Source: Promethearchaeota archaeon | GTDB taxonomy: Archaea > Asgardarchaeota > Lokiarchaeia > Sigyniarchaeales > SOKP01 | NCBI GenBank assembly: GCA_016839765.1 | Contig: JAEOTP010000094.1 | Span: 1 to 28,929, forward strand | Reading direction: 5' to 3' | DNA length: 28,929 nt | Part shown: in pieces, positions 1 to 9,242 of the stretch | Numbering within the stretch: the first letter of the stretch is position 1 | How the letters are laid out: the number at the start of each line of letters is the position of its first letter | Made by a program: the position numbers and the translations under genes | The notes under the pieces: generated by a model | The model's input: only the letters and a program-made list of their open reading frames with translations | The model's database searches: none | Told to the model about the DNA's origin: nothing

Positions 1-197
1 CCAAGATCCCCAAAACGAAATTTCGCTAGATTTACGCATCATCTCGCGGGTCATTTCATCTCTTAGAAGTATCCCTTTTTTCTTTATATATCTGAACACA
101 AATATAAAAATCAAAATTTGTACCAGAAATATTCCTAGAATCAACAGAAAGATTATTCCTATATCCATTTTTTCATCACGTGTTATATTTTTTTCAT
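1..197 (-). CDS. Small membrane protein, possibly DUF2178-like (partial, runs off the window)
   Basis: Manual translation from ATG at 197: MKKNITRDEKMDIGIIFLLILGIFLVQILIFIFVFRYIKKKGILLRDEMTREMMRKSSEISFWGSW...; a TM helix is followed by a DE-x-T motif. Confidence 0.6.
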
Positions 198-203
198 AAT
201 TTG

Positions 204-253
204 TTAGAAATAATTAACATATTATTAGAAATAATTAACATTTATAAATGTTA
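204..253. promoter_or_regulatory. Putative operator: 17-bp direct repeat plus overlapping 18-bp perfect palindrome
   Basis: TTAGAAATAATTAACAT at 204-220 and 225-241; palindrome TAACATTTATAAATGTTA at 236-253, directly upstream of the ATG at 197. Confidence 0.55.
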
Positions 254-321
254 TGTTTTGATCACATTTTGTTAAATATTACTAACTATCAATTCACAGT
301 TATGGTTTATTAAAATTGATT

Positions 322-570
322 TTACTTATTCCCTTCAAATAGTTGTGGCAAGAAGTTAGGGAATTCCGCCATCTCTTCAATATTGTGCTTTCTCAATGCT
401 TTGATAAACCATCGTGGAGCTTTTGCAGGTAATCGAAATGTCGTACGTAATTGAATGCCGTTTTGAATAGGTTCATATTCATGCAATAACCAGCTAATTG
501 GTTTATTATTTCGATCGAGCCTCAAGATAAGGTGCTTAATAGGCTGAAATGTATATAAAGGAAAGTTCAC
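322..570 (-). pseudogene. C-terminal fragment of a DAPG hydrolase (PhlG)-like protein
   Basis: LLHEYEPIQNGIQLRTTF...LRKHNIEEMAEFPNFLPQLF resembles the PhlG-family C-terminus (H...G...R..F; HxxEE..L..FLP.LY); only 82 aa, with the N-terminal part missing. Confidence 0.5.
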
Positions 571-596
571 TAGTTATTAATTGCTTACAAATTCCT

Positions 597-1070
597 CTAA
601 TTTTTTCGTTCTCTTTTTTTACCTACAGAGCGATTCCATAAAATCACTCCCGAACAGAAAAGAAAAGCACCCAAAAAGTAAAGAACACCTGACAAAAATA
701 ATGTGGGGATCCACATTATGGGTATAAATGTATATATCAAAACTAAAGTTCCCGCTAAAATAAGAACACTACCAATTACCACATAATTAATCCCAGTTCT
801 TTTTTGGCTTTCAAGCAGTTGTTCTTCTGTTGGAGCTTTCCTTACAAGTAAATCTAATTTTTTCATTTTCTTTCTTATCAGTCCAGAATGACCCAATAAT
901 CCCACTCCAGTAAAGAAAGGAGCTGCAGCAATCAAAAGTAACAGAACGCCTAGTAACGCTTGGAAGGAGTAGAGGGTATATATTAAAATAAGTGCAATTC
1001 CAATTCCGAAGAAAACATATCCGCTAATTAAGAATTTCTTATACTTTTTTTCTAAATTTTTGGTTTCCAT
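597..1070 (-). CDS. Hypothetical 4-TM membrane protein (two hairpins)
   Basis: 157-aa ORF with two pairs of hydrophobic helices separated by a basic loop; AAGGTG SD-like motif upstream. Confidence 0.75.
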   Translation of the reverse strand: METKNLEKKYKKFLISGYVFFGIGIALILIYTLYSFQALLGVLLLLIAAAPFFTGVGLLGHSGLIRKKMKKLDLLVRKAPTEEQLLESQKRTGINYVVIGSVLILAGTLVLIYTFIPIMWIPTLFLSGVLYFLGAFLFCSGVILWNRSVGKKRERKN

Positions 1071-1251
1071 TTTTCTATTTCACCTTACTAAACTTATTCA
1101 ATTTTTCTGATTTTATTTTGCCAAAAATGTATAGTTATTATGTAAAAAGATCATAAATTCTTATTTAAAAATTCTTTTAACACAAATGAGATTAATCATA
1201 AAACTAAAATGAAAAATGAAAAAAAAGAATAAATTATTATTCTTAAATCGG

Positions 1252-1941
1252 CTACTCTCTTTCCATTAGAGCTCCCCCTATTACTCCTAAAATGCCCCCT
1301 GCTAAAGCCACAAAAAAACCAGGCCCTAAGCCCCAACTCATAGTCGTTCCCATTGCACTCAAGCTTCCAAATAGTAGGTTTTGTCCAAGTAAGCCCATAG
1401 TCGAAGCCAGTTCTCCGAAAAGAGTGCCCATTCCAGCTAATAATGCAATCATAAATAGAATAGGTCCAAATAGTAAAACAACTCCTCCCCCAATTACCGT
1501 ATTTCTTTTTCCTTCTAAACCACCGATTAGTGTTATAACAAACCCTCCAGCTATTAGTATACTTACAATGAGTAATATTAATTCCGGAGTTCGAATAAAT
1601 TCAAGATCTAACGTGAGCAAAGGATTTAATGAATAAGCCATCGAATAGAACCCACCTAAATATAATTTTAAATATTCTGCCCCGGTAGCTTCAATTCGCC
1701 ATAAACAGAATATTTCAGGTAATAAGTAAAATAGAACCATAGCAAGAATTCCTAAAATCGCACCAACTAATGCAATATATTTACTTCCTTTCATTTTTAC
1801 TACTATTTTTCCTAAATTTACTCTCTCTCGTATTTCGCTTATTTCGCGTTTTTCTCCATGTTCAAGAAGACATTTTTTATGGTAATACAGGTCTTTAACT
1901 CTTAGCTTCGCATTTTCCATCCCACAAATCTCACATTTCAT
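1252..1941 (-). CDS. Membrane protein with N-terminal Zn-finger-like motif (CxxC...HxxC) and ~4 TM helices
   Basis: Start reassigned to ATG 1941 (MKCEICG...YYHKKC), preceded by an AGGAG SD-like motif; Gly-rich TM segments ending WGLGPGFFVALAGG. Confidence 0.7.
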   Translation of the reverse strand: MKCEICGMENAKLRVKDLYYHKKCLLEHGEKREISEIRERVNLGKIVVKMKGSKYIALVGAILGILAMVLFYLLPEIFCLWRIEATGAEYLKLYLGGFYSMAYSLNPLLTLDLEFIRTPELILLIVSILIAGGFVITLIGGLEGKRNTVIGGGVVLLFGPILFMIALLAGMGTLFGELASTMGLLGQNLLFGSLSAMGTTMSWGLGPGFFVALAGGILGVIGGALMERE

Positions 1942-2098
1942 CGATTTTCTCCTTCTATGTAAGGACATTTTTATACCAAATTCACAGTTTGGTATAATCT
2001 TTAAAAATACAACTTTAACATATAAAATTATTTGCTTACAAATTATTTTTTTACAATTTTGGTAAAATTCGGAGCAAAAATCATAATCATTGATGATA

Positions 2099-2446
2099 TT
2101 AGAAATAAATAGGACCAAAATTTATGCAATCAAAAATTAGACTGACACCAATGACAACGATTCCAATTGCAATCAAAGGAATACTATTAATTGAGAATCC
2201 AATTAACAAAAAAATGCCCCCAATTCCACCCAGTATGAGTCCAATTATGAGTAGAAAGTTAGAAGTTTTTTGTTGTCTTTGTCTCTTCTCTTCTTTTGTC
2301 TCAGGTGTCAATGTGGTAGATTTCGATGATCTTGTTTTTGTTAATGGTGGTATTTCACTAAATTTTGTCCCACACGAAAGACAAAAGTCATAGCCGGGAG
2401 ATAGCTTCGCACCACACTTTCCACAGTTATATTTTATCTCAGATAT
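2099..2446 (-). CDS. Zinc-ribbon plus 2-TM protein (apparent ATA start)
   Basis: Frame is open upstream of the listed 2311 start and encodes SEIKYNCGKCGAKLSPGYDFCLSCGTKF; no ATG/GTG/TTG lies between the in-frame stop at 2459-2461 and the zinc ribbon. Confidence 0.7.
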   Translation of the reverse strand: MSEIKYNCGKCGAKLSPGYDFCLSCGTKFSEIPPLTKTRSSKSTTLTPETKEEKRQRQQKTSNFLLIIGLILGGIGGIFLLIGFSINSIPLIAIGIVVIGVSLIFDCINFGPIYF

Positions 2447-2475
2447 TATTGTCGCCTTTTATTCTATTTTTATAC

Positions 2476-2610
2476 ACTTTTTTTTGATTAATCTTTAACC
2501 TTAGAATCCCCCTTAAGTTCATCAAGCCATTTCTTGATTGTTATCATACTTACATTTTGATCATCTGCGATATCTTGAATAGTTCTTCCCAAATCATAAT
2601 ATTGATGCTT
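2476..2610. repeat. 135-bp dispersed direct repeat, copy 1 (HTH-coding 3' end)
   Basis: Matches 9011-9145 with 5 mismatches by manual alignment. Confidence 0.95.
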
Positions 2611-2933
2611 TAACCAGTCTAAATTCGAATAATCTTCTTTGGGCCTGCTTTTTTAATTTGATTCCTATGATCTACAATAGCTCCTACTAGGCTTGTAATT
2701 AGCAATACAAGTCCAAAGCTAAAAACAACACTTCCAATTGAAATGATTCTCGCTATAGAAAATAGAAAAAATGCCCCTATACCAATTAAAATAAGGCTTA
2801 CAGGGAGTAAGCCTAAAAGCCTATAGTTTTTGACCCACTTGGATGTAGCTTTAGATATACCAACTACAAATATAATAAGATAAATAATTCCTACTATTAT
2901 ACTTGCTATTATAATTTCAAATTGGAAAATCAC
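2488..2933 (-). pseudogene. 3-TM membrane protein with C-terminal HTH-like domain, split by a 1-nt frameshift
   Basis: ORF 2619-2933 continues in the -1 frame after the A6 run (~2649-2654) as KSRPKEDYSNLDWLKHQYYDLGRTIQDIADDQNVSMITIKKWLDELKGDSKVKD*, stop at 2488-2490. Confidence 0.65.
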
Positions 2934-3022
2934 AGTTAATCACCTTGGTTTCAATAAATAATTATTAATTGACCTTATAAATATTTCATAGAATTTTGCT
3001 AGTCATTTTTTAATAAATCCAT

Positions 3023-3683
3023 TTAAATGGTATCATTAGGATTTCGAACCATTTCGTAATTCGTTAAATCAAAATCTTTAATTTTAATGTTAATTTCCTT
3101 GATGACTTTAAATCCATGTTTCTTATAGAAATCTACATTATCAATATCAGCGTTTACATACGTACTATAGCCACAATTATCCGTTTTTTCAAACATTGCT
3201 TTTAGTAATTTACTAGCAATCCCTTTTTTTTGATATTCAGGATCAACAGCTAAACTCATTAGATCTAAATACCGTTTACCAGCCATATTTTTGACCCTAT
3301 CCTTATCTAATTGACTTAATCCTTTCACTGAAGCTAAAAAATCTCTACCGATTTTAACCAATTTGAAGCTATTTTTAAATCCTCCGGATCGAATCACTCT
3401 CCACGTATTCATATCAGCTTTTTCATATGGTATCCAGATTGCGATTCCTTCTAATTTTTCTGAAGGAGCATAAGGGAAACCCATATTTTAGTCCATAACG
3501 AATTGCTACTTCAAAAAATGTTTTCAATACTAAGAATTTTTCTTCTACGTCTTCTAGAGCTTTTTCATAGAGTGTAATTTTAGAGTAAGCTCTAGCATAG
3601 ACTTCTGTTGCGTTTTTAATATCATTATTAGTTAATCTGTAAAAATTATTAAGTTCAAACTCTTCAACATTATTCATATTCAT
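3023..3683 (-). pseudogene. GNAT N-acetyltransferase, frameshifted
   Basis: N-half 3423-3683 (...RYGLKYG) and C-half 3023-3484 (FPYAPSEKLEGIAIW...LAVDPEYQKKGIAS...NVDFYKKHGF) overlap near 3480 in different frames; acetyl-CoA motif QxxGxA present. Confidence 0.8.
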
Positions 3684-4019
3684 AATAGAAATTAGAAAAA
3701 ACTAAATTATAAAAAATTTATAGACCAGTATTTATAAAGAAACTCCTTTATAAAGAACCACCCACTTAACTTGTATTTTTTTTAAATTCAAGTAAGACTC
3801 ATAAATCTTTTGTGTGAATTTCTTTCAAATTTATTTATAGACAAGAAATTTTTTCACTTACAGTGGTTAATACCACCATAAGTGATTCTAATCATTTGAT
3901 CCTAATCAAATAGTAAATGAAAGTTAAAATATACATAAGTAAGCATTATTTTTATTACGATTCTCCTTGCAATCGTTCCATTCGTTATACTAGCTTAATT
4001 ATTATTATTTTCTTAAAAA

Positions 4020-4247
4020 TCATTTTATTAATGCTTCTAAATTTCTTTTGAGAACCGGGAAAAAGCGTTGCGCATCTTGAGGATAAAACATTTTAATCTT
4101 TTTAGATAAAGAATTCAAAAATCCTTGTTCAGTGATTCCTAGCAATATCATTTCTGTTTCTGCTTCGGTTATGTCTTCAAACCTTTCTGTCATTTTAATA
4201 ACTCCAAGATTACCCGGACAGTGTAATTGACATCTCATACATCCCAT
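4020..4247 (-). pseudogene. Truncated 3' duplicate of the QueG-like 4Fe-4S gene at 6071-6997
   Basis: 75 aa, 58/75 identical to the C-terminus encoded at 6071-6298; homology stops abruptly upstream of MGCM. Confidence 0.85.
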
Positions 4248-4481
4248 TAGTTTTTAGGTAATTTTAGTTCAACTAATTTTAAAACTACTTTTTATACTAC
4301 TTTTATCTTCTCACAGAATTGATAAGCTATGCGAGAAAATAATCTTTTTATTTATGATATCCCGTTAAAGTACAGAAATGTTAATTGATTTGTTCCTTAA
4401 TAGATTGAAATAATTATAAAGGAGATTAACTTAGTTATTAATTACTTACAAATTATATTTTACAATTTTGGCGAAACTAAT

Positions 4482-6053
4482 ATGAATTCAAGTGCAAAAT
4501 CAAAAATACTAATTTTACTCATATTAGGAATCCTTTTCGCTCTTATACCAATAATAACCACTAATTTTAGTTTTATTACGGGCATTACAAACAAAGGTTC
4601 GGACTATAGCGATAATAGTAATTTAGATAGGAAAAATCTAAAAATCTCAGCAGTATCAGGAAAAATTCATATAATCAATAATTCGGGGTGGGTAGATTTT
4701 AGAAATGATGGAAATTGTACAGGAAATGGTACTTATTCCGAGCCTTATGTCATTGAAGATTTGATAATCGATGGCGGAGGGTCGGGAAGTTGCATCTGGA
4801 TTGAAAATTCCGATGTGTACTTTAAAATTGAAAACTGTAGACTTTATAATGCTGATAATGCAGGAATCAGATTAGAACATGTCAATAATGGTCAATTAAT
4901 TGATAACAATTGTTCATCAAACTATTTCGGGATACAATCATCCAACAGTAATAATAATTCTATTTCGGGAAACACTGCAAATTACAATGATAATCGTGGT
5001 ATATATTTATATAATAGTATTAATAACACCATTTCGGGAAACAACGTAATTTACAACACCTATCGCGGGATAAGTTTATGGGCTAGCGATAGTAACACTT
5101 TTTCAGGAAACATCGCAAATAACAATCAATGGTCAGGGATAGATTTACTAGATAGTGATTATAACAATATTACGGGAAACACTGCAAATAACAATCAATG
5201 GTTAGGAATAGAATTACTAGATAGTGATTATAACACTATTTCGGGAAACACCGCAAATAATAATACTAGCTTCGGTATATCCCCATCAGGTGATTATAAC
5301 AACGCTTCGGGAAACACCGTAAATTACAATCGCTATGGGATATATTTATCCAGTTATAGTAATAATACCACTGTTTCAGGAAATATAATGAATGAGTGTG
5401 GGTTATGCCTGGAAGCTAGTATTAACATAATAAATTATTCCCATAATATAGATACTACAAATCTGGTCAATGGAAAGCCTGTATATTATTACATGAATGA
5501 AGTAAATTTAGGACCTAATAATTTCACGAATGCTGGACAAGTCATATTGGTCAATTGCAATGAGTCATTAATATCAAACTTAAATGTTTCTCATAGTTCT
5601 ACAGGAATTACATTATTCTATTCTAATAACAACACCATCTCAGGAAACACCGCAAACGACAACATTGTTCATGGGATATTTTTAACTTTTTCATGCTATA
5701 ATAACGACATATCGGGAAACATCGCAAATAATAACGAGTATGGAATAATGTTGATTCTTAGTAATAATAACGACATATCGGGAAACACCGCAAATTACAA
5801 TCGGTATGGAATAATGTTGATTTTTAGTAATAAAAACGACATATCGGGAAATATATTAATGGGAAATGATGAATGCATCGCAGAAGATTATTGCCAAGGA
5901 AATACGTTTAGAGATAATGAATATTGCGATTATGGTGAATTGAGAGGAATTTCTCTCGAGTTGATCATTTTAATTTCGATTATTAGTGGCGGAGCAGTAA
6001 TAGGTATAGCAACCCTACTTTTAATTAGACGCAAAAGGAAAAGAATACAGTAA
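4482..6053 (+). CDS. NosD/CASH right-handed beta-helix cell-surface protein with N-terminal signal/TM and C-terminal TM anchor
   Basis: GNGTYSEPYVIEDL motif; repeated GIxLxxSxxNxIsgNtan units; NLVNGKPVYYY; C-terminal hydrophobic helix followed by RRKRKR. Confidence 0.9.
   Translation: MNSSAKSKILILLILGILFALIPIITTNFSFITGITNKGSDYSDNSNLDRKNLKISAVSGKIHIINNSGWVDFRNDGNCTGNGTYSEPYVIEDLIIDGGGSGSCIWIENSDVYFKIENCRLYNADNAGIRLEHVNNGQLIDNNCSSNYFGIQSSNSNNNSISGNTANYNDNRGIYLYNSINNTISGNNVIYNTYRGISLWASDSNTFSGNIANNNQWSGIDLLDSDYNNITGNTANNNQWLGIELLDSDYNTISGNTANNNTSFGISPSGDYNNASGNTVNYNRYGIYLSSYSNNTTVSGNIMNECGLCLEASINIINYSHNIDTTNLVNGKPVYYYMNEVNLGPNNFTNAGQVILVNCNESLISNLNVSHSSTGITLFYSNNNTISGNTANDNIVHGIFLTFSCYNNDISGNIANNNEYGIMLILSNNNDISGNTANYNRYGIMLIFSNKNDISGNILMGNDECIAEDYCQGNTFRDNEYCDYGELRGISLELIILISIISGGAVIGIATLLLIRRKRKRIQ
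5103..5260 (+). repeat. 69-bp tandem repeat (~2.3 units) within the beta-helix gene; a similar 66-bp duplication lies at ~5700-5850
   Basis: GGAAACAxxGCAAATAACAATCAATGGTxAGGxATAGAxTTACTAGATAGTGATTATAACA occurs twice, nearly identical. Confidence 0.8.
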
Positions 6054-6070
6054 TTAAAATTTTCAAATTT

Positions 6071-6997
6071 TTATTTTATTAATACTTCTAGATTTCTTTT
6101 GAGCCGAGGAAAAAACAGTTGTGCTTCGGAAGGATAAAACATTTTAAGCTTTTTAGATAAAGAATTCAGGAATTTCTCTTCTGTTTTTCCTTCCAATATC
6201 ATTTCTGTTTCGGTTTCGGTTATATCGTCAAACCTATCAGTCATTTTAATTACTTCACGATTACCTGGACAAGGTAATTGACATTTCATACATCCCATTA
6301 AAGTATTATGAGCATCAGAACTAATCCAGCCTGGAATTATACCATCAATTTCATTATACACAGAGATACATTTACCTGCATTAATTACAAAAGTCTCATC
6401 TGAAGGTGAGGGGATTGCGTTGGTCGGACAATTACTTATACAGATTTTACAATTTTCGCACGATTCCATCATTTTCATCTCGGTCCAATTATCTATTTCA
6501 AATTGAAAGTCTGTATAACAGGCATATAAATTTAACATACTCCCCATTTCGTCAACGTAGCAAATATTATTCCTCCCATATTTTCCAAGTCCACTTCTTA
6601 CTGCGAGTAATTTTAAATGAAGATTCCTGGTTAGTTCAATTTTATATCCCGGCTCCTTTATTATCTTTTTCAGGATGAGGTTCTCTAAAATTTCGTTGGT
6701 TAATCCATCATCATAATAGTTTGGGGGTATCATGATTTGATGTTCTTTACCATCTAAATAAAAATTTATTAATGCCAATTTTGTAAATATGGCTATGACT
6801 ATGATTGATTTAGCATTAGGGAGATTCTCAGGAATTTCAAATCCTCTAGTATCGATATAGCCTCTATAAATTTCATTATCACTAAGTTTCCCGGCATAAC
6901 GTAATTTATCTATATCTTCCTGTAGTTCTTTTATATGATCAATCGAAACCGTTTTATATTTATAGATAAAATTTAAATAAGTATCATAAGATTCCAT
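6071..6997 (-). CDS. Epoxyqueuosine reductase (QueG)-like double 4Fe-4S cluster protein
   Basis: LAVRSGLGKYGRNN; CENCKICISNCPTNAI; KCISVYNE; GCMKCQLPCP. Confidence 0.8.
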   Translation of the reverse strand: MESYDTYLNFIYKYKTVSIDHIKELQEDIDKLRYAGKLSDNEIYRGYIDTRGFEIPENLPNAKSIIVIAIFTKLALINFYLDGKEHQIMIPPNYYDDGLTNEILENLILKKIIKEPGYKIELTRNLHLKLLAVRSGLGKYGRNNICYVDEMGSMLNLYACYTDFQFEIDNWTEMKMMESCENCKICISNCPTNAIPSPSDETFVINAGKCISVYNEIDGIIPGWISSDAHNTLMGCMKCQLPCPGNREVIKMTDRFDDITETETEMILEGKTEEKFLNSLSKKLKMFYPSEAQLFFPRLKRNLEVLIK

Positions 6998-7257
6998 TTT
7001 AATTTAACCTATTTTTCTAATTTAGAATACATAAATTATTTTTAAAATTTTAAGGAAACTTTTAGCTTTTTCTGTTATTATACTGTATTTCGAGTTTAGA
7101 TTTAAATTTTAATTATATCCCAGAAATTATTTTTTCATTAAATTCAAAGTAAGATTCATAAACAAAAATGTATTAGATAATTCTTAACGGAATCTAATAA
7201 AATAAAATAAATCAATAATCTAATTTTGTATTAATTTAAAAACTAGAGGTAAGGTAA

Positions 7258-7557
7258 ATGGCATATATTGTAGTCATGGGAAGCTTCCCATCTCATGTTG
7301 GTAAGGAGGTTGGAAAAACGTTTCTAAAGTTAGAGAAATTACCTGATTTTGTTAAAACTGAACATGTTTTTAATACTGCTGCGGGAGATTACGTGTTTTT
7401 CACAATTTACCAAATTGAAGATGAAACTAAGTACTTCGATGGGCTGAAGGCAATAACAAAGAGGTTTTCTGGATACATGGATATAAAAGGATATAAGTAC
7501 ACTTTGTATCCGGTTTTAGAAGCAAAGGATGCCCTAAGTATGATCGGCCTCGGTTAG
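7258..7557 (+). CDS. Hypothetical small soluble protein
   Basis: 99-aa ORF; GAGGT SD-like motif upstream; T-tract downstream. Confidence 0.8.
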   Translation: MAYIVVMGSFPSHVGKEVGKTFLKLEKLPDFVKTEHVFNTAAGDYVFFTIYQIEDETKYFDGLKAITKRFSGYMDIKGYKYTLYPVLEAKDALSMIGLG

Positions 7558-7585
7558 GCTATTTAAATATTAAAAAAATCCTTCA

Positions 7586-7605
7586 TTTTTTTTTTTTACT
7601 TTTTT
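7586..7605 (+). terminator. Archaeal oligo-T terminator (putative)
   Basis: Long T tract ~30 nt after the stop at 7557. Confidence 0.5.
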
Positions 7606-7640
7606 AAAAATCAGAGAATTCCCTATGATATAAGAAATTC
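7601..7640. repeat. ~40-bp dispersed repeat, copy 1
   Basis: TTTTTAAAAATCAGAGAATTCCCTATGATATAAGAAATTC; 33/40 identical to 9884-9923. Confidence 0.6.
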
Positions 7641-7938
7641 TAAATCTTCTTCTTCTTTACCACATTTCGCACATTGGTTAATGTTTGTCATTAGACACAC
7701 AATCTATTAGCATTTTAACATTAATCGTTGTCGTAATCAATAACTCTCTATTATTTAAAATAATATTATCTTTAAATATATGGCAGGGTAATTAAGTCGT
7801 TCAAATAAATTTATACAAAAATGTCCCTTTCGACTGCCACACGTAACTACAAAAAATCCAAAAACAAGAATTAGATATAAATATCTTCCAAATCAATTAT
7901 ATCTCATAAGCCCATAAGGATCAAATGAAGTGTATTGA

Positions 7939-8460
7939 ATGTCAGATGTTAATAAAAATATAATCTTAGCAGAGGAGTACAGCAAAAAGAAAAAATATAA
8001 AAAATCCATTGAATCTTGGGAAAAAGTTCTAACAACAGACCCAAATTTTTCAACTGGATGGAAAACGATGGGTCAAGTGTATGAAAAATTTATACAATTG
8101 GAAAAATGGGAAAAAGCTCTAGAATGTTATGAGAAAGCATTACAAATAAATCCACAAGATGCTGATGCGAAGAGGTGGAAAGATCAGCTCCAATCAAAAA
8201 TACAAAATCTTGGACCTGAAGGATTAAAAAAATTGAGGAAGGAGGAAAAAAAAAGAAGGAAGGAGAAAAGAGGTACGATTGAAATAGTTTTAATCGCGTC
8301 TGTCATCTGCTCTTTAATACTCGGAATAACGACAACTGTATTATGGTTCTTAACCGGACTCAAAAGTCAAATGATTTGGCTTATTCCCACTGGTTTTTTG
8401 ATTGGGTTATGCGTACCAATGTTAATTTTAATTATTGGTATTATTATTAGGGATATCTAA
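7939..8460 (+). CDS. TPR-repeat protein with two C-terminal TM helices
   Basis: WKTMGQVY...ALECYEKALQINPQDADA TPR consensus, a basic linker, then 2 hydrophobic helices. Confidence 0.85.
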   Translation: MSDVNKNIILAEEYSKKKKYKKSIESWEKVLTTDPNFSTGWKTMGQVYEKFIQLEKWEKALECYEKALQINPQDADAKRWKDQLQSKIQNLGPEGLKKLRKEEKKRRKEKRGTIEIVLIASVICSLILGITTTVLWFLTGLKSQMIWLIPTGFLIGLCVPMLILIIGIIIRDI

Positions 8461-9010
8461 TACAAAACATTTTTACACTAGAAATGACGAAAGTGGCTGG
8501 TGGATGGCCATCAAGCAAATAGGAATCCGAGGATATATAGAAGCATATCTCACAATATTAGGTAAAAAAAAGGTATGCGTTTAATTTTTATAGATTCATT
8601 AAGTAGTAATGGTTTAAATATAATTCCTTTTTTTTTATAGATGTTGAAATCTAAATAAATATTCATTTTTAGAGGAATTTTCATTGAAATCAGACGCTGA
8701 ATTTACCTTTCATGATATTTCGGAGGAAAATACCAATGAGCAAAAAATCGAACCCAAACCAGAATAATCACACCTATAAATATATCCAATTTACCGACAC
8801 ACCAACCGAAAAAAAGCAGATTAAACATTTTGTTAACTTATTTTTTCAGGAGGGGGCACCACTCTTTATTCAGATTTAATCAGATTCTCATTCTGACTCT
8901 GAATTTACTTTTTCTGCAATTAATCGAGACATATTGGATTTAGTTAATTACCCTCAGAAATACAATAATTAAACAGTTTATAATTGATATCTTAATTCTT
9001 TTTTTTTTTT

Positions 9011-9145
9011 ACTTTTTTTTGATTAATCTTTAACCTTAGAATCCCCCTCAAGTTCATCAAGCCATCTCCTGATTGTTATCATATTTACATTTTGATCATC
9101 TGCGATATCTTGAATAGTTTTTCCCAAATCATAATATTGATGCTT
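9011..9145. repeat. 135-bp dispersed direct repeat, copy 2 (orphan HTH-coding fragment)
   Basis: Encodes KHQYYDLGKTIQDIADDQNVNMITIRRWLDELEGDSKVKD* on the minus strand with no upstream gene body; 130/135 identical to 2476-2610. Confidence 0.95.
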
Positions 9146-9242
9146 AGAAATTGAAATATAAAATTAAAACTCATCTACATCCGTACCTTATTAAATAAAG
9201 AGATCAATTTTAAATATCGGTAAAATTTAGCTAGTTCATATT

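Noticed and set aside
1292-1636. Antisense ORFs in the track (1292-1636, 2124-2393, 6406-6678, 12349-12753, 14255-14506, 22525-22761, 24710-24910, 25201-25479, 26895-27161, 27109-27345, 28417-28662)
   Set aside because: Shadows of better-supported genes on the opposite strand; no recognisable motifs
1942-2118. N-terminal extension of the 288-aa ORF
   Set aside because: Overlaps the end of the upstream gene, has intergenic-like composition, and a good SD-like motif precedes ATG 1941
8478-8580. Coding-like stretch (RNDESGWWMAIKQIGIRGYIEAYL)
   Set aside because: No start codon and too short to assign; likely a gene remnant
8736-8972. Short ORF MSKKSNPNQ... with GGAGG SD-like motif and an internal TAA
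   Set aside because: No recognisable family; probably a decayed gene and cannot be supported further
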